A DNA stretch of 44,419 nucleotides. Origin: a virus. The stretch's first letter is position 1. Every line of letters begins with the position of its first letter. The notes below the pieces were generated by a model that worked only from the letters and a program-made list of their open reading frames with translations, did not search any database and had not been told where the DNA came from. The translations under genes were made by a program, and so were the position numbers. Below are positions 28,629 through 36,493 of the stretch, piece after piece. The stretch is from the UHGV virus genome UHGV-0384003; one strand, written 5' to 3'.

Positions 28629-28840
28629 GTGTCAAAAGTGTCAAGCATGTGTCAAAATAGTTCTATTTTATTCTGTTTTGTTCTAATGAAAATGCGCGAT
28701 AAATGCTATATCTAAGCCTATTTCATGCTTGTTCTAAAATTAAAATTATCCCGCCGTCTCCATACGACAAGCTTTATACAAAGGGTTTTCAAGCTAGCAA
28801 GTGTCAATAATGTGTCAAGAAAATAATTCTCTGACACGTT
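28629..28840. other. attP region: arm-type integrase-binding repeats (GTGTCAA) flanking a putative core
   Basis: Direct GTGTCAA copies at 28629, 28638, 28649, 28801 and 28812, plus an inverted partial copy at 28832-37. The central ~150 bp contains TCCCGCCGTCTCCA (28749-62), which resembles a tRNA/tmRNA 3' end. Adjacent to the int 3' end. Confidence 0.5.
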
Positions 28841-29864
28841 GACCTTGCTCTTTTTTATGTTCTTCTAGTAAATGTGAATAGGTTTCTAACGTAATAGAAA
28901 TTGACGCGTGACCTAGTCGTTTACTTATATATTCAATTGGCAAGCCTTTGGATAATAAATAAGATGTGTGCGTGTGTCTTAACGAATAAGGGGTTATATT
29001 ATCATTTTCTAAACCCACTTGTTTTTTAGTGTGATTAAACGATTTTTTTATAGCATTGTGACTTAATTTGAAAAGTTTACCGTCAATTCGTCGTGGTAAT
29101 TTAGTTAATTTTGAATTTATCAGTAGAACATCTTTAGTCGACACTTCAACATCTCTTTTACTATTCTTTGTTTTTGTTCCAGGTAAGTGAATGATACCTT
29201 CACTTTTGTTCAAATCTTTATACGTCATATTAATTAAATCGCTATATCTTGCACCAGTAATCGCTAGTAAGTATAAAAAAATATAGCTTTGTTCATCTCT
29301 ACTTTTAAAATAATCTAACATCGCTAAATAATGCGTGATACTCATATATTTGTATCGTTCATCTTTAGCTTTAACAGTACCGTTTATAGCTATGTTATAT
29401 GTTGGGTCTTTTTTGATATGACCGTCATACACTGCATCTTTTAAACACTGACTTAAACAACCATTTACTTTACGCACTGTTTCATCTGCGTGTCCTTCCC
29501 CAAACCTATTTAAAAATTTTTGATATTCTGATCGTGTAATGTTTTTGAGTAACATATTCTTGCCGAAGTATTCATTAAATAATCTTAAAGACCGCTCATA
29601 CCAATAATACTGCATAGGCGATACTTTCTTTTTATTCTTAATGATTAACCACTCGTTATAGTAATCTTCAAATTTTTTATTTTCTTCAAATTTGCTACCG
29701 TCTTCTAAATCTCGGATTAATCTTTGTGCTGCATTGATAGCCTCAGCTTTTGTTTTAAATCCAGATTTACGTTTTTTACCAGATTTAAAACTAGGGTGCT
29801 TTACATCATACTGCCAGCTTGTAGAGTTCTTATTTTTACGTTTTGTAATAGTAAATGACGCCAT
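28815..29864 (-). CDS. int: tyrosine site-specific integrase
   Basis: 349 aa. C-terminal catalytic signature (LRHTHTSYLLSKG ... R..GHASISITLETYSHL). N-terminal arm-binding-like domain. RBS AGGAGGAATG. Confidence 0.9.
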   Translation of the reverse strand: MASFTITKRKNKNSTSWQYDVKHPSFKSGKKRKSGFKTKAEAINAAQRLIRDLEDGSKFEENKKFEDYYNEWLIIKNKKKVSPMQYYWYERSLRLFNEYFGKNMLLKNITRSEYQKFLNRFGEGHADETVRKVNGCLSQCLKDAVYDGHIKKDPTYNIAINGTVKAKDERYKYMSITHYLAMLDYFKSRDEQSYIFLYLLAITGARYSDLINMTYKDLNKSEGIIHLPGTKTKNSKRDVEVSTKDVLLINSKLTKLPRRIDGKLFKLSHNAIKKSFNHTKKQVGLENDNITPYSLRHTHTSYLLSKGLPIEYISKRLGHASISITLETYSHLLEEHKKEQGQRVRELFS

Positions 29865-29881
29865 TTAAATCATTCCTCCTC

Positions 29882-29920
29882 AAAAAAAGTAAAAAAATAA
29901 TAAGGGTAGACGGACTACCC
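29882..29920 (-). terminator. rho-independent terminator of the lipoprotein gene (minus strand)
   Basis: Read on the minus strand: GGGTAGTCCGTCTACCC hairpin followed by TTATTATTTTTTTACTTTTTTT. Confidence 0.55.
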
Positions 29921-29925
29921 ATAAA

Positions 29926-30561
29926 TTATTGAGCTGGCGTATTTTGTACCTCTTGTTGTCTTTTAGCCCAACTGTCGTAACCTTCGTTTTTACCTACCCA
30001 GATCGGACCACCTACATGAGCGTTAGGGTCATCCCAAACTTGTGCGCTTGCTTTACGTGCCTCTTCATATTCCGCGCGTCCATATCCCATTTGTGACTCA
30101 TTATGTGTAGTTGGTTTGTTTTTATTCCATTCGTTAATTTCATCTTGCGTCATATAATTATTGTTATTTTGTGATTGTTGATTGCTACTTTGTTGTTGGT
30201 TATTGTTAGCTTGTTGGTTGCCAGTGTTTTGTTGCTGTTGTTGAGTAGCTTGCTTACCTTGTGGACGTTCGTTACCGTTATCACTTTGAGTTTTCTCATT
30301 ATCGTTTTTAGATGTGCTTTCAGATTCGTTGTTAGCAACATCGTTATTACTATCATCTGAACTAGCTTGTTGTTTATCATCATTAGTGTTTTTGTTCGAT
30401 TTATCTTTGTTTTCTAATTTTTTATCTTTCTTTGGATCATTAGACTTTTTGTCTGATTTACTTTCTGACTTTTTATTATCTTCCTTTTTCTCACTATCAT
30501 TGTTACCACATGCACCTAATACTAATAAACTTGCAAATATTAAAAATAAAACCTTTTTCAT
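29926..30561 (-). CDS. lipoprotein moron (signal peptide + lipobox LGAC, long N/Q/D/K-rich disordered linker, C-terminal globular domain)
   Basis: MKKVLFLIFASLLVLGACGNN. Extreme low-complexity middle (TQQQQQNTGNQQANNNQQQSSNQQSQNNNN). Own terminator. Sits between int and cI, co-oriented with both. Confidence 0.75.
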   Translation of the reverse strand: MKKVLFLIFASLLVLGACGNNDSEKKEDNKKSESKSDKKSNDPKKDKKLENKDKSNKNTNDDKQQASSDDSNNDVANNESESTSKNDNEKTQSDNGNERPQGKQATQQQQQNTGNQQANNNQQQSSNQQSQNNNNYMTQDEINEWNKNKPTTHNESQMGYGRAEYEEARKASAQVWDDPNAHVGGPIWVGKNEGYDSWAKRQQEVQNTPAQ

Positions 30562-30612
30562 TCTACATTTCTCCTTTAAATAAAATTATATTAAAGCGCC
30601 GAAAAGGCACTG

Positions 30613-30750
30613 TTAATCTTTATAAACATCTTTGTTTTCAGTCAATGGTATATCGTTTTGTACCATATATTCTAATTGTTCCATAGTATATACTGGGACT
30701 TTTATTAATTCGTCCCAGTGTTTTGGTTCTTGTTCATAAACTCCACTCAT
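30613..30750 (-). CDS. small acidic hypothetical protein (45 aa; absent from the ORF track)
   Basis: MSGVYEQEPKHWDELIKVPVYTMEQLEYMVQNDIPLTENKDVYKD. RBS AAAGGAG 7 nt upstream of ATG (complement of 30748-30750). Lies between the lipoprotein gene and cI. Confidence 0.4.
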   Translation of the reverse strand: MSGVYEQEPKHWDELIKVPVYTMEQLEYMVQNDIPLTENKDVYKD

Positions 30751-30766
30751 ACCCGATACTCCTTTA

Positions 30767-31405
30767 TTACTCAAAAATTTGATAGTTATAAATCACTTTA
30801 CCTATCACTTCAATTTCATCTGTATTGTCAATATCATATGTATTCGTTTTAAACTCATCTGAATAACTGATAGGGTCTAAATGTAATTTTGTTTCTGTTC
30901 GTCTCACTCGTTTTACAGTATATTCTCCACCTAAACGTAAAACTAAGATATCGTTATTATTCAATCTATAATCTTGGTTGCGTCTGTAATCATGTATAAT
31001 GATATATGAGCCGTTAGATAACACTTTGTTCATGCTATCCCCATTCACTTGCAAAGCAATACATTCTTTAGGGTTTCGACCATTAAAAGCAATATCAGGT
31101 ACTTCTAATTCTTTAGTATCAACTTCCACAGTTTCGAAATTACCAGCTGACACTTGACCATAGTATGGTACTTTGAATTGAGTGTTTATATTAGGCATTT
31201 CTACTTCTTCCACTTCACCTAACAAATAACTTTTTGAAACATTAAATAAACTAGAAATTTTTTCAACCATTCCCATTCTCGGCTCGTTTTTACCATTTTC
31301 CCACATTCGTATTGTTCCTTCTGAAACATCTAATTTTTTAGCCATTTCAACTTTTGATAATTTGTTTTTCAAACGCACTTCTTTTATCGAATTTTTAAAA
31401 GCCAT
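30767..31405 (-). CDS. CI-like repressor (N-terminal HTH_XRE + C-terminal S24 LexA-like autopeptidase)
   Basis: HTH (LSKVEMAKKLDVSEGTIRMWENGKNEP). S24 catalytic Ser in GDSM and Lys in VKRV. Probable start MAFKN at 31405 with RBS AGGAGGG. Confidence 0.85.
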   Translation of the reverse strand: MAFKNSIKEVRLKNKLSKVEMAKKLDVSEGTIRMWENGKNEPRMGMVEKISSLFNVSKSYLLGEVEEVEMPNINTQFKVPYYGQVSAGNFETVEVDTKELEVPDIAFNGRNPKECIALQVNGDSMNKVLSNGSYIIIHDYRRNQDYRLNNNDILVLRLGGEYTVKRVRRTETKLHLDPISYSDEFKTNTYDIDNTDEIEVIGKVIYNYQIFE

Positions 31406-31596
31406 TTCAAAACCCTCCTTATATAGTGATTTTTTAACTACCTTTATTATACTATGAAAAATCATAATTTCAATACATAAAATACGATAATCAAAAATAA
31501 AAATTCGATTTTTTAAAAATAAATTATGAAAAACGCTTGATTTCGTATTTTAGATACGATATACTTAAGTCAGTTCTTAAGCAAGGAGGAAACAAA
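31406..31596. promoter_or_regulatory. divergent cI/cro promoter-operator region
   Basis: AT-rich intergenic region between the divergent repressor and cro genes. Partial inverted repeats share a TACGA(T/A)A core (AAATACGATAATC, GATTTCGTATTT, AGATACGATAT). Confidence 0.5.
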
Positions 31597-31857
31597 ATGA
31601 ATGATACTAATCAAACGCTAACTTTAGAAGAATGGCGTAAAAGAAGACGACACACTCAAGAAACATTTGCTAAGGCTCTTGGTATATCATCTTCAACTTA
31701 TAATATCTGGGAGAACAATCCTGATATGATTAGACCTAAAGAAGCGTTTAGAATTGCTAAAACGTTAGAAGTCTCAATTGATGAGATTATTTTTTTAAAA
31801 GATAAATCGTATTTTAAATACGTTTTAGTTGAAGAAAAAGAACCGCAAACAACTTAA
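31597..31857 (+). CDS. Cro-like HTH_XRE regulator
   Basis: Start MNDTNQ at 31597 with RBS AAGGAGGA. HTH (HTQETFAKALGISSSTYNIWENN). Divergent from cI. Confidence 0.7.
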   Translation: MNDTNQTLTLEEWRKRRRHTQETFAKALGISSSTYNIWENNPDMIRPKEAFRIAKTLEVSIDEIIFLKDKSYFKYVLVEEKEPQTT

Positions 31858-31874
31858 AAAGGAGGAACTTAAAA

Positions 31875-32648
31875 ATGAATGAATTACAGGTTTTTAAAAA
31901 TTCACAATTCGGAAATTTAGAAATCTTAACTTTTGAAGGTAAGGAATGGTTTCCAGCAATTCAAGTAGCAGAAATTTTAGGATATGCAAACCCTCGTGAT
32001 GCAATTAGTCGTCACACTAAAAATAAGGGGGTCGTAAATCACGACGTCCTTTCCAATGGTGGAGTACAGCGTAAGAAATTCATAGACGAAGGTAATTTAT
32101 ATAGATTAATCACACGCTCTAAATTGCCACAAGCAGATGAATTTGAAGAATGGGTGTTTGAAGATGTTCTACCTTCAATTCGCAAACATGGACTGTATGC
32201 AACAGATAACGTAATCGAAAACACATTAAATAATCCAGATTATATTATCAATATTCTAACTGAGTATAAGAAAGAGAAAGAACATAATTTAACGCTCGAA
32301 CAACAAATCAAAGACAACAAACCTAAAGTACTATTCGCAGATTCAGTTGCTGGTAGTGATAATTCAATACTCGTAGGAGAATTAGCGAAATTACTTAAAC
32401 AAAACGGTGTTGATGTTGGACAAAACAGATTATTCAAATGGTTAAGAAATAACGGTTACTTAATTAAAAAGAGTGGCGAAAGTTATAACTTACCAACTCA
32501 AAAAAGTATGGATTTAGAAATATTAGATATAAAGAAACGTGTAATTAACAATCCTGATGGATCTAGCAAGATTACACGCACACCAAAAGTAACAGGCAAA
32601 GGTCAACAATATTTTATTAACAAGTTTTTAAGTGAGGAGGCACACTAA
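31875..32648 (+). CDS. antirepressor (Bro-N + KilA-C-type domains)
   Basis: N-terminal Bro-N motif (LQVFKNSQFGNLEILTFEGKEWFPAIQVAEILGY). C-terminal antirepressor-type domain. Immediately downstream of cro. RBS AAAAGGAGGAA. Confidence 0.8.
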   Translation: MNELQVFKNSQFGNLEILTFEGKEWFPAIQVAEILGYANPRDAISRHTKNKGVVNHDVLSNGGVQRKKFIDEGNLYRLITRSKLPQADEFEEWVFEDVLPSIRKHGLYATDNVIENTLNNPDYIINILTEYKKEKEHNLTLEQQIKDNKPKVLFADSVAGSDNSILVGELAKLLKQNGVDVGQNRLFKWLRNNGYLIKKSGESYNLPTQKSMDLEILDIKKRVINNPDGSSKITRTPKVTGKGQQYFINKFLSEEAH

Positions 32649-32720
32649 AAGATATTCAACTGTATTCAAACCCTTTTCTTTAAGGGATAACAACATTACA
32701 CACGAAAGGAGTGTTAATAA

Positions 32721-32933
32721 ATGAAACAAGAATACAAATACTTTTTAGATGTTAAAGGTTTTGTCGAAGTAAGCGGTCTTTCGAAAGATGATTTCGAAAA
32801 GAAAGTTGCTAAGATACAAGAATTTAAAAAATTTATCTATAAATTCGAAGACAGTCGCAAACGTTACATCAAAGTTAAACCGGCATTAGAGTTTATCGAA
32901 AACAATTTGATGATTAGCGAAACTGATTTATAA
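32721..32933 (+). CDS. hypothetical early protein
   Basis: 70 aa, RBS AAAGGAG. No recognisable motif. Confidence 0.4.
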   Translation: MKQEYKYFLDVKGFVEVSGLSKDDFEKKVAKIQEFKKFIYKFEDSRKRYIKVKPALEFIENNLMISETDL

Positions 32934-32947
32934 AGGGGTGATAAGAA

Positions 32948-33139
32948 ATGTCAATCAAAGACAAAACAATATTAATCGCAGGAATGATGTTCAACGTTAC
33001 TTTCTTTTTAGCGATGATGATGAGCGTATTCATAACTAACGCATTAGCGATAGGTATGGTTGCGTCAGGAGTAACTTATCTGTTTTTCGACAAATTATTT
33101 TACGCACAAAAAAAGACCGAAAGTCGCTGCAACGACTAA
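32948..33139 (+). CDS. small membrane protein (2 TM)
   Basis: 63 aa with two hydrophobic helices (ILIAGMMFNVTFFLAMMMSVFI / ALAIGMVASGVTYLFF). RBS AAGGGGTGA. Confidence 0.4.
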   Translation: MSIKDKTILIAGMMFNVTFFLAMMMSVFITNALAIGMVASGVTYLFFDKLFYAQKKTESRCND

Positions 33140-33193
33140 CAGTCAAACACTTAACAAAAATTTCATCTTAATCATATAACGGGAGGCACATAT

Positions 33194-33442
33194 ATGCAAG
33201 AGGTAACTATATCTTTAAAAGAATATAACAACCTACTTAAAGATAGGAGCGATTTAACGATAGTTAGTCTGCAAAATGACTATTTACAACGCCAATTAAA
33301 TACCGCAAACGAACATATAGATGCTTTGAATGACAGTATCAATCATTATATCAAGATGTATCAAAGCGCAGATGCTAGAGCAGACAGAGCGGATAAACGA
33401 CTGGAGGAGTTGATCAATGCAAGAACCAATATCAAATTGTGA
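33194..33442 (+). CDS. hypothetical coiled-coil protein
   Basis: 82 aa, RBS GGGAGG. Confidence 0.4.
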   Translation: MQEVTISLKEYNNLLKDRSDLTIVSLQNDYLQRQLNTANEHIDALNDSINHYIKMYQSADARADRADKRLEELINARTNIKL

Positions 33443-33674
33443 AGTAGAATATCGCATAAAAGATAATCACTTTGGACGTTGGATCACTAATAAACCTACT
33501 GCTCAAGAATATGCTAATTACAATGCTTTAAGACGTAATGCACGTAAATTCGATGGCTTGCAAGAAATAGATATAGATTGGGATAAGCACTTGATTGAAG
33601 TATCGAGAATTGAAACGAAAGAAACACGTAAAGTATACAGTTTTGAAGATTTGGAGGAGGTCAAAGATGGCTGA
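33417..33674 (+). CDS. hypothetical protein
   Basis: 85 aa. Overlaps both neighbours, operon-style. Confidence 0.4.
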   Translation: MQEPISNCEVEYRIKDNHFGRWITNKPTAQEYANYNALRRNARKFDGLQEIDIDWDKHLIEVSRIETKETRKVYSFEDLEEVKDG

Positions 33675-34317
33675 ACAACTTAATTTATTTCAAAAGATAG
33701 CAGATGTTAAAGCCAATATTGATGGTTTTACTAAAGACACCAAAGGTTACAACTATTCTTACGTAAGTGGCTCTCAAGTCCTTCATAGAATAAGAAACAA
33801 GATGATTGAACATAATTTATTACTTGTACCATACACAGAAAACGAAGAAGTAACTGAAACCACAAATACGAAAGGTAAGCCAGAACATATTATTAAATTG
33901 AAACTGACTTATAAATGGATCAATGCAGATAATCCACAAGAAATTTTAGAAGTACCTTTCTTCGCAGTAGGCCAACAAGACGATGTATCGAAAGCACATG
34001 GTACTGCATTAACTTATGCGGAAAGATACTTCTTAATGAAATTCTTCAATATTCCAACCGATGAAGATGATGCAGATGCTAAACAAAAACAAGAAAAATA
34101 TAACAAGGTAAGTAGTAAAACGGTTGGCGTTCTAAAACAAGAAGTGTTTGATTTTGTTGATTTGATGAAGTCATTAGGAAAAGACGTAACGCAACAACAA
34201 GCAGAAAGTACATTTGGAATACAAGATTACACGTCAATGTCTGAACAACAAGCAGTAACTACAATCAATAACATTCAAGCAATGGCGAAAAAATATAAGG
34301 AGAATGGCAATGACTAA
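33667..34317 (+). CDS. single-strand annealing protein (ERF/Sak-like recombinase)
   Basis: Start MAEQ at 33667 with RBS GGAGGAGG. N-terminal pattern ADVKANIDGF...KGYNYSYVSGSQVL...HNLLLVP resembles the ERF-family core. Immediately upstream of ssb. Confidence 0.5.
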   Translation: MAEQLNLFQKIADVKANIDGFTKDTKGYNYSYVSGSQVLHRIRNKMIEHNLLLVPYTENEEVTETTNTKGKPEHIIKLKLTYKWINADNPQEILEVPFFAVGQQDDVSKAHGTALTYAERYFLMKFFNIPTDEDDADAKQKQEKYNKVSSKTVGVLKQEVFDFVDLMKSLGKDVTQQQAESTFGIQDYTSMSEQQAVTTINNIQAMAKKYKENGND

Positions 34318-34723
34318 TTTAACAATTTTAACAGGACGTATCACTAAAGACTTAGAACTAAAACAAGCAGGACAAACTCAAGTAACTAACTTCTCATTAG
34401 CAGTAGATAACCCATTCAAAAAAGATGACACTTCATTCTTCGACATTGTAGCGTTTGGTAAAACTGCTGAACTACTTAATAACTATTGTGGTAAAGGTAG
34501 CAAAATCTTAATCGAAGGCAACTTGAAACAAGATAGATTTCAAGACAAAGAAGGAAACAATCGTTCAGTAGTACGAGTGATTGCTAACAGAATTGAATTC
34601 TTAGATAGCAAAGGTAGCAACCAACAAAACGGCCAACCTCAACAACAAAGAGGACAAGCAACAGCAGGAAATAATCCATTTGATAATGGTACAGACATCG
34701 ATAACTCAGATTTGCCTTTCTGA
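34304..34723 (+). CDS. ssb: single-stranded DNA-binding protein
   Basis: OB-fold SSB pattern (LTGRITKDLELK ... FFDIVAFGKTAE ... RVIANRIEFL). Gly/Gln-rich tail ending in the acidic DNSDLPF motif. Confidence 0.85.
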   Translation: MAMTNLTILTGRITKDLELKQAGQTQVTNFSLAVDNPFKKDDTSFFDIVAFGKTAELLNNYCGKGSKILIEGNLKQDRFQDKEGNNRSVVRVIANRIEFLDSKGSNQQNGQPQQQRGQATAGNNPFDNGTDIDNSDLPF

Positions 34724-34737
34724 TTGGACTGATATAG

Positions 34738-35421
34738 ATGCCGATTATTAAAAATTACATCATTCAAGACGACGGTACAACTACCGTTGTCATTGAGGGT
34801 GTAGAACTAGATAACAAGACATCGCTATTACTCGATAACGGTTTTGATGTAGAAGTTGATGTCATTCCAGTTGATCCATTCAGAATAACCGATAAACAAC
34901 GTCGTAAGATATTTGCACTTGTAAAGGACATAGAGGCTCATACTGGAACGCCTATGGATTACATGAGGCATTTATTCATCGAATACGTTCGGACTTACTA
35001 CGGCTACGACAAGCGCATCTCATTAAGCGATTGTACACGTACACAAGCTAGCCAAATTATCGAGGTTACATTGGACTGGATATTTCATAACGATATACCT
35101 CTTGCATATAAAACGAGTGACTTACTCAAGCAAGATAAATCATTTTTATATTGGTCTACGGTCAATCGTAACTGTGTTATATGTGGCAAACCACATTCTG
35201 ATTTAGCACATAGATATGCAGTTGGTAAAGGTCGTAATCGTAACAAGATAAATCATGTAGGCAATCAAGTATTAGCGTTATGTCGTTCACATCATACGGA
35301 ACAGCACCAGATAGGAATGGATACATTTAACAAAAAGTATCACTTAACAGATAGTTGGGTGGATGTAGATGAACGACTAAACAGAATGTTGAAAGGAGTG
35401 ATTTCATGGGTGACAGATTAA
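34738..35421 (+). CDS. HNH-like zinc-finger nuclease-domain protein (DUF968-like)
   Basis: C-terminal CVICGKPHSDLAHRYAVGKGRNRNKINHVGNQVLALCRSHHTEQH (Cys/His HNH-like cluster). Confidence 0.45.
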   Translation: MPIIKNYIIQDDGTTTVVIEGVELDNKTSLLLDNGFDVEVDVIPVDPFRITDKQRRKIFALVKDIEAHTGTPMDYMRHLFIEYVRTYYGYDKRISLSDCTRTQASQIIEVTLDWIFHNDIPLAYKTSDLLKQDKSFLYWSTVNRNCVICGKPHSDLAHRYAVGKGRNRNKINHVGNQVLALCRSHHTEQHQIGMDTFNKKYHLTDSWVDVDERLNRMLKGVISWVTD

Positions 35422-36134
35422 TAGATATAACTGGTGGATATGGAACTGTCTATAAAGAGGTTTTAAAAGATAAAGAATTAAGCATTGAAGCAAAAGCAAT
35501 ATACAGTTATTTATCTTCTTATGCTGGAGGTAAAGATACAGCTTTCCCTAGTATCGGGCTAATATGTCATGAATTGAATATAAGTGAAAAACGTTTCTAT
35601 AAGCACCGTAAAGAACTTTTAGACAAAAACATCATTAGTAAAACACGAGAAAGAACAAATAACGGTTTTAGCAAAACGATATATACGATTAATCACCATT
35701 TCGTACACGGTCAATTCGTACGCGTACGAAACGTACACGGACAAAACGTACACGGACAAAATGTAGGTACTAAGAATAACAGTATTAAGAAGAACAATAA
35801 TAAGAAGAACAATAATAAGAGTGACACGTCACAAATTTTTCAATTAGTTAGTAAAGAATTAGAAATGATACAAAGTCCTTTAAAAGTACAGGAGTTAGAA
35901 GATGAACTCAATCTTATTAAAGGAAACAAGCTAGAAATAACAGGAGTAGCTATTAATTACTGTAAACAAAATAAGAAAGGTATTAACTACCTAATTAAAG
36001 TATTAAGAAATTGGAATAACGAAGGTGTAGATACTAAAGAGAAAGCACTAGCTAAAGTAACGCCTAAAAAAAAGAAAACTAATGAAACCGACGATTTAAT
36101 TGCAGCGATGGAACAAGAATTAGGTGATGAGTAA
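35406..36134 (+). CDS. DnaD-like replication initiator / replisome organiser (contains the origin iterons)
   Basis: N-terminal winged-helix replisome-organiser-like domain. C-terminal DnaD/DDBH2 motif (INYCKQNKKGINYLIKVLRNWNNEGV). Internal tandem DNA repeats at 35700-35820. Confidence 0.65.
   Translation: MGDRLIDITGGYGTVYKEVLKDKELSIEAKAIYSYLSSYAGGKDTAFPSIGLICHELNISEKRFYKHRKELLDKNIISKTRERTNNGFSKTIYTINHHFVHGQFVRVRNVHGQNVHGQNVGTKNNSIKKNNNKKNNNKSDTSQIFQLVSKELEMIQSPLKVQELEDELNLIKGNKLEITGVAINYCKQNKKGINYLIKVLRNWNNEGVDTKEKALAKVTPKKKKTNETDDLIAAMEQELGDE
35700..35820. repeat. putative origin of replication: iterons inside the initiator gene
   Basis: CGTACACGG(T/A)CAA(TT/AA) appears three times with the last two copies adjacent (35702, 35732, 35747), plus a CGTACGCGTACG variant at 35717. 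AAGAAGAACAATAAT is tandemly duplicated at 35788-35817. Confidence 0.5.
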
Positions 36135-36493
36135 TGAGTATGACTAAGAAAGAAGCATTACAAATCATCAAAAAAATTAGGAACATCTATAATTTAGAGT
36201 TCGACAAACCAAAGTTAGAAACATGGATAGAAGTTCTTAGCGAAAATGGTGATTACGAACCAACACTAAAAACACTAGATAACTATATTAATTCCGGCAA
36301 TTCATATCCACCTAACTTACCTAAAATCATGAGAAAAGCACCTAAGAAAATGGAATATGAAGAGGCGCCAGATGATGTAAAAGAGCATCGTTGGAAAATG
36401 AAAAACGACCCTGAATATGTAGCTGCACGAAAAAAGATACTTGATGACTTTGCAGAACAACTTAGAAAGTTCGAGGTGAACAACCATGAATGA
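36134..36493 (+). CDS. hypothetical protein (replication module)
   Basis: 119 aa, between the organiser and helicase genes, overlapping both. Confidence 0.45.
   Translation: MSMTKKEALQIIKKIRNIYNLEFDKPKLETWIEVLSENGDYEPTLKTLDNYINSGNSYPPNLPKIMRKAPKKMEYEEAPDDVKEHRWKMKNDPEYVAARKKILDDFAEQLRKFEVNNHE

Noticed and set aside
30160-30300. GTTGTTG-rich simple-sequence DNA, considered as a stand-alone microsatellite or phase-variation tract
   Set aside because: It is the coding strand complement of the Q/N-rich linker of the lipoprotein. It is imperfect and heterogeneous, not a homopolymeric slippage tract.
35700-35820. Tandem repeats considered as a possible CRISPR array or minisatellite
   Set aside because: Only 3-4 short iterons with no spacer structure, all in-frame inside a DnaD-like gene. 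Interpreted as origin iterons, not CRISPR.
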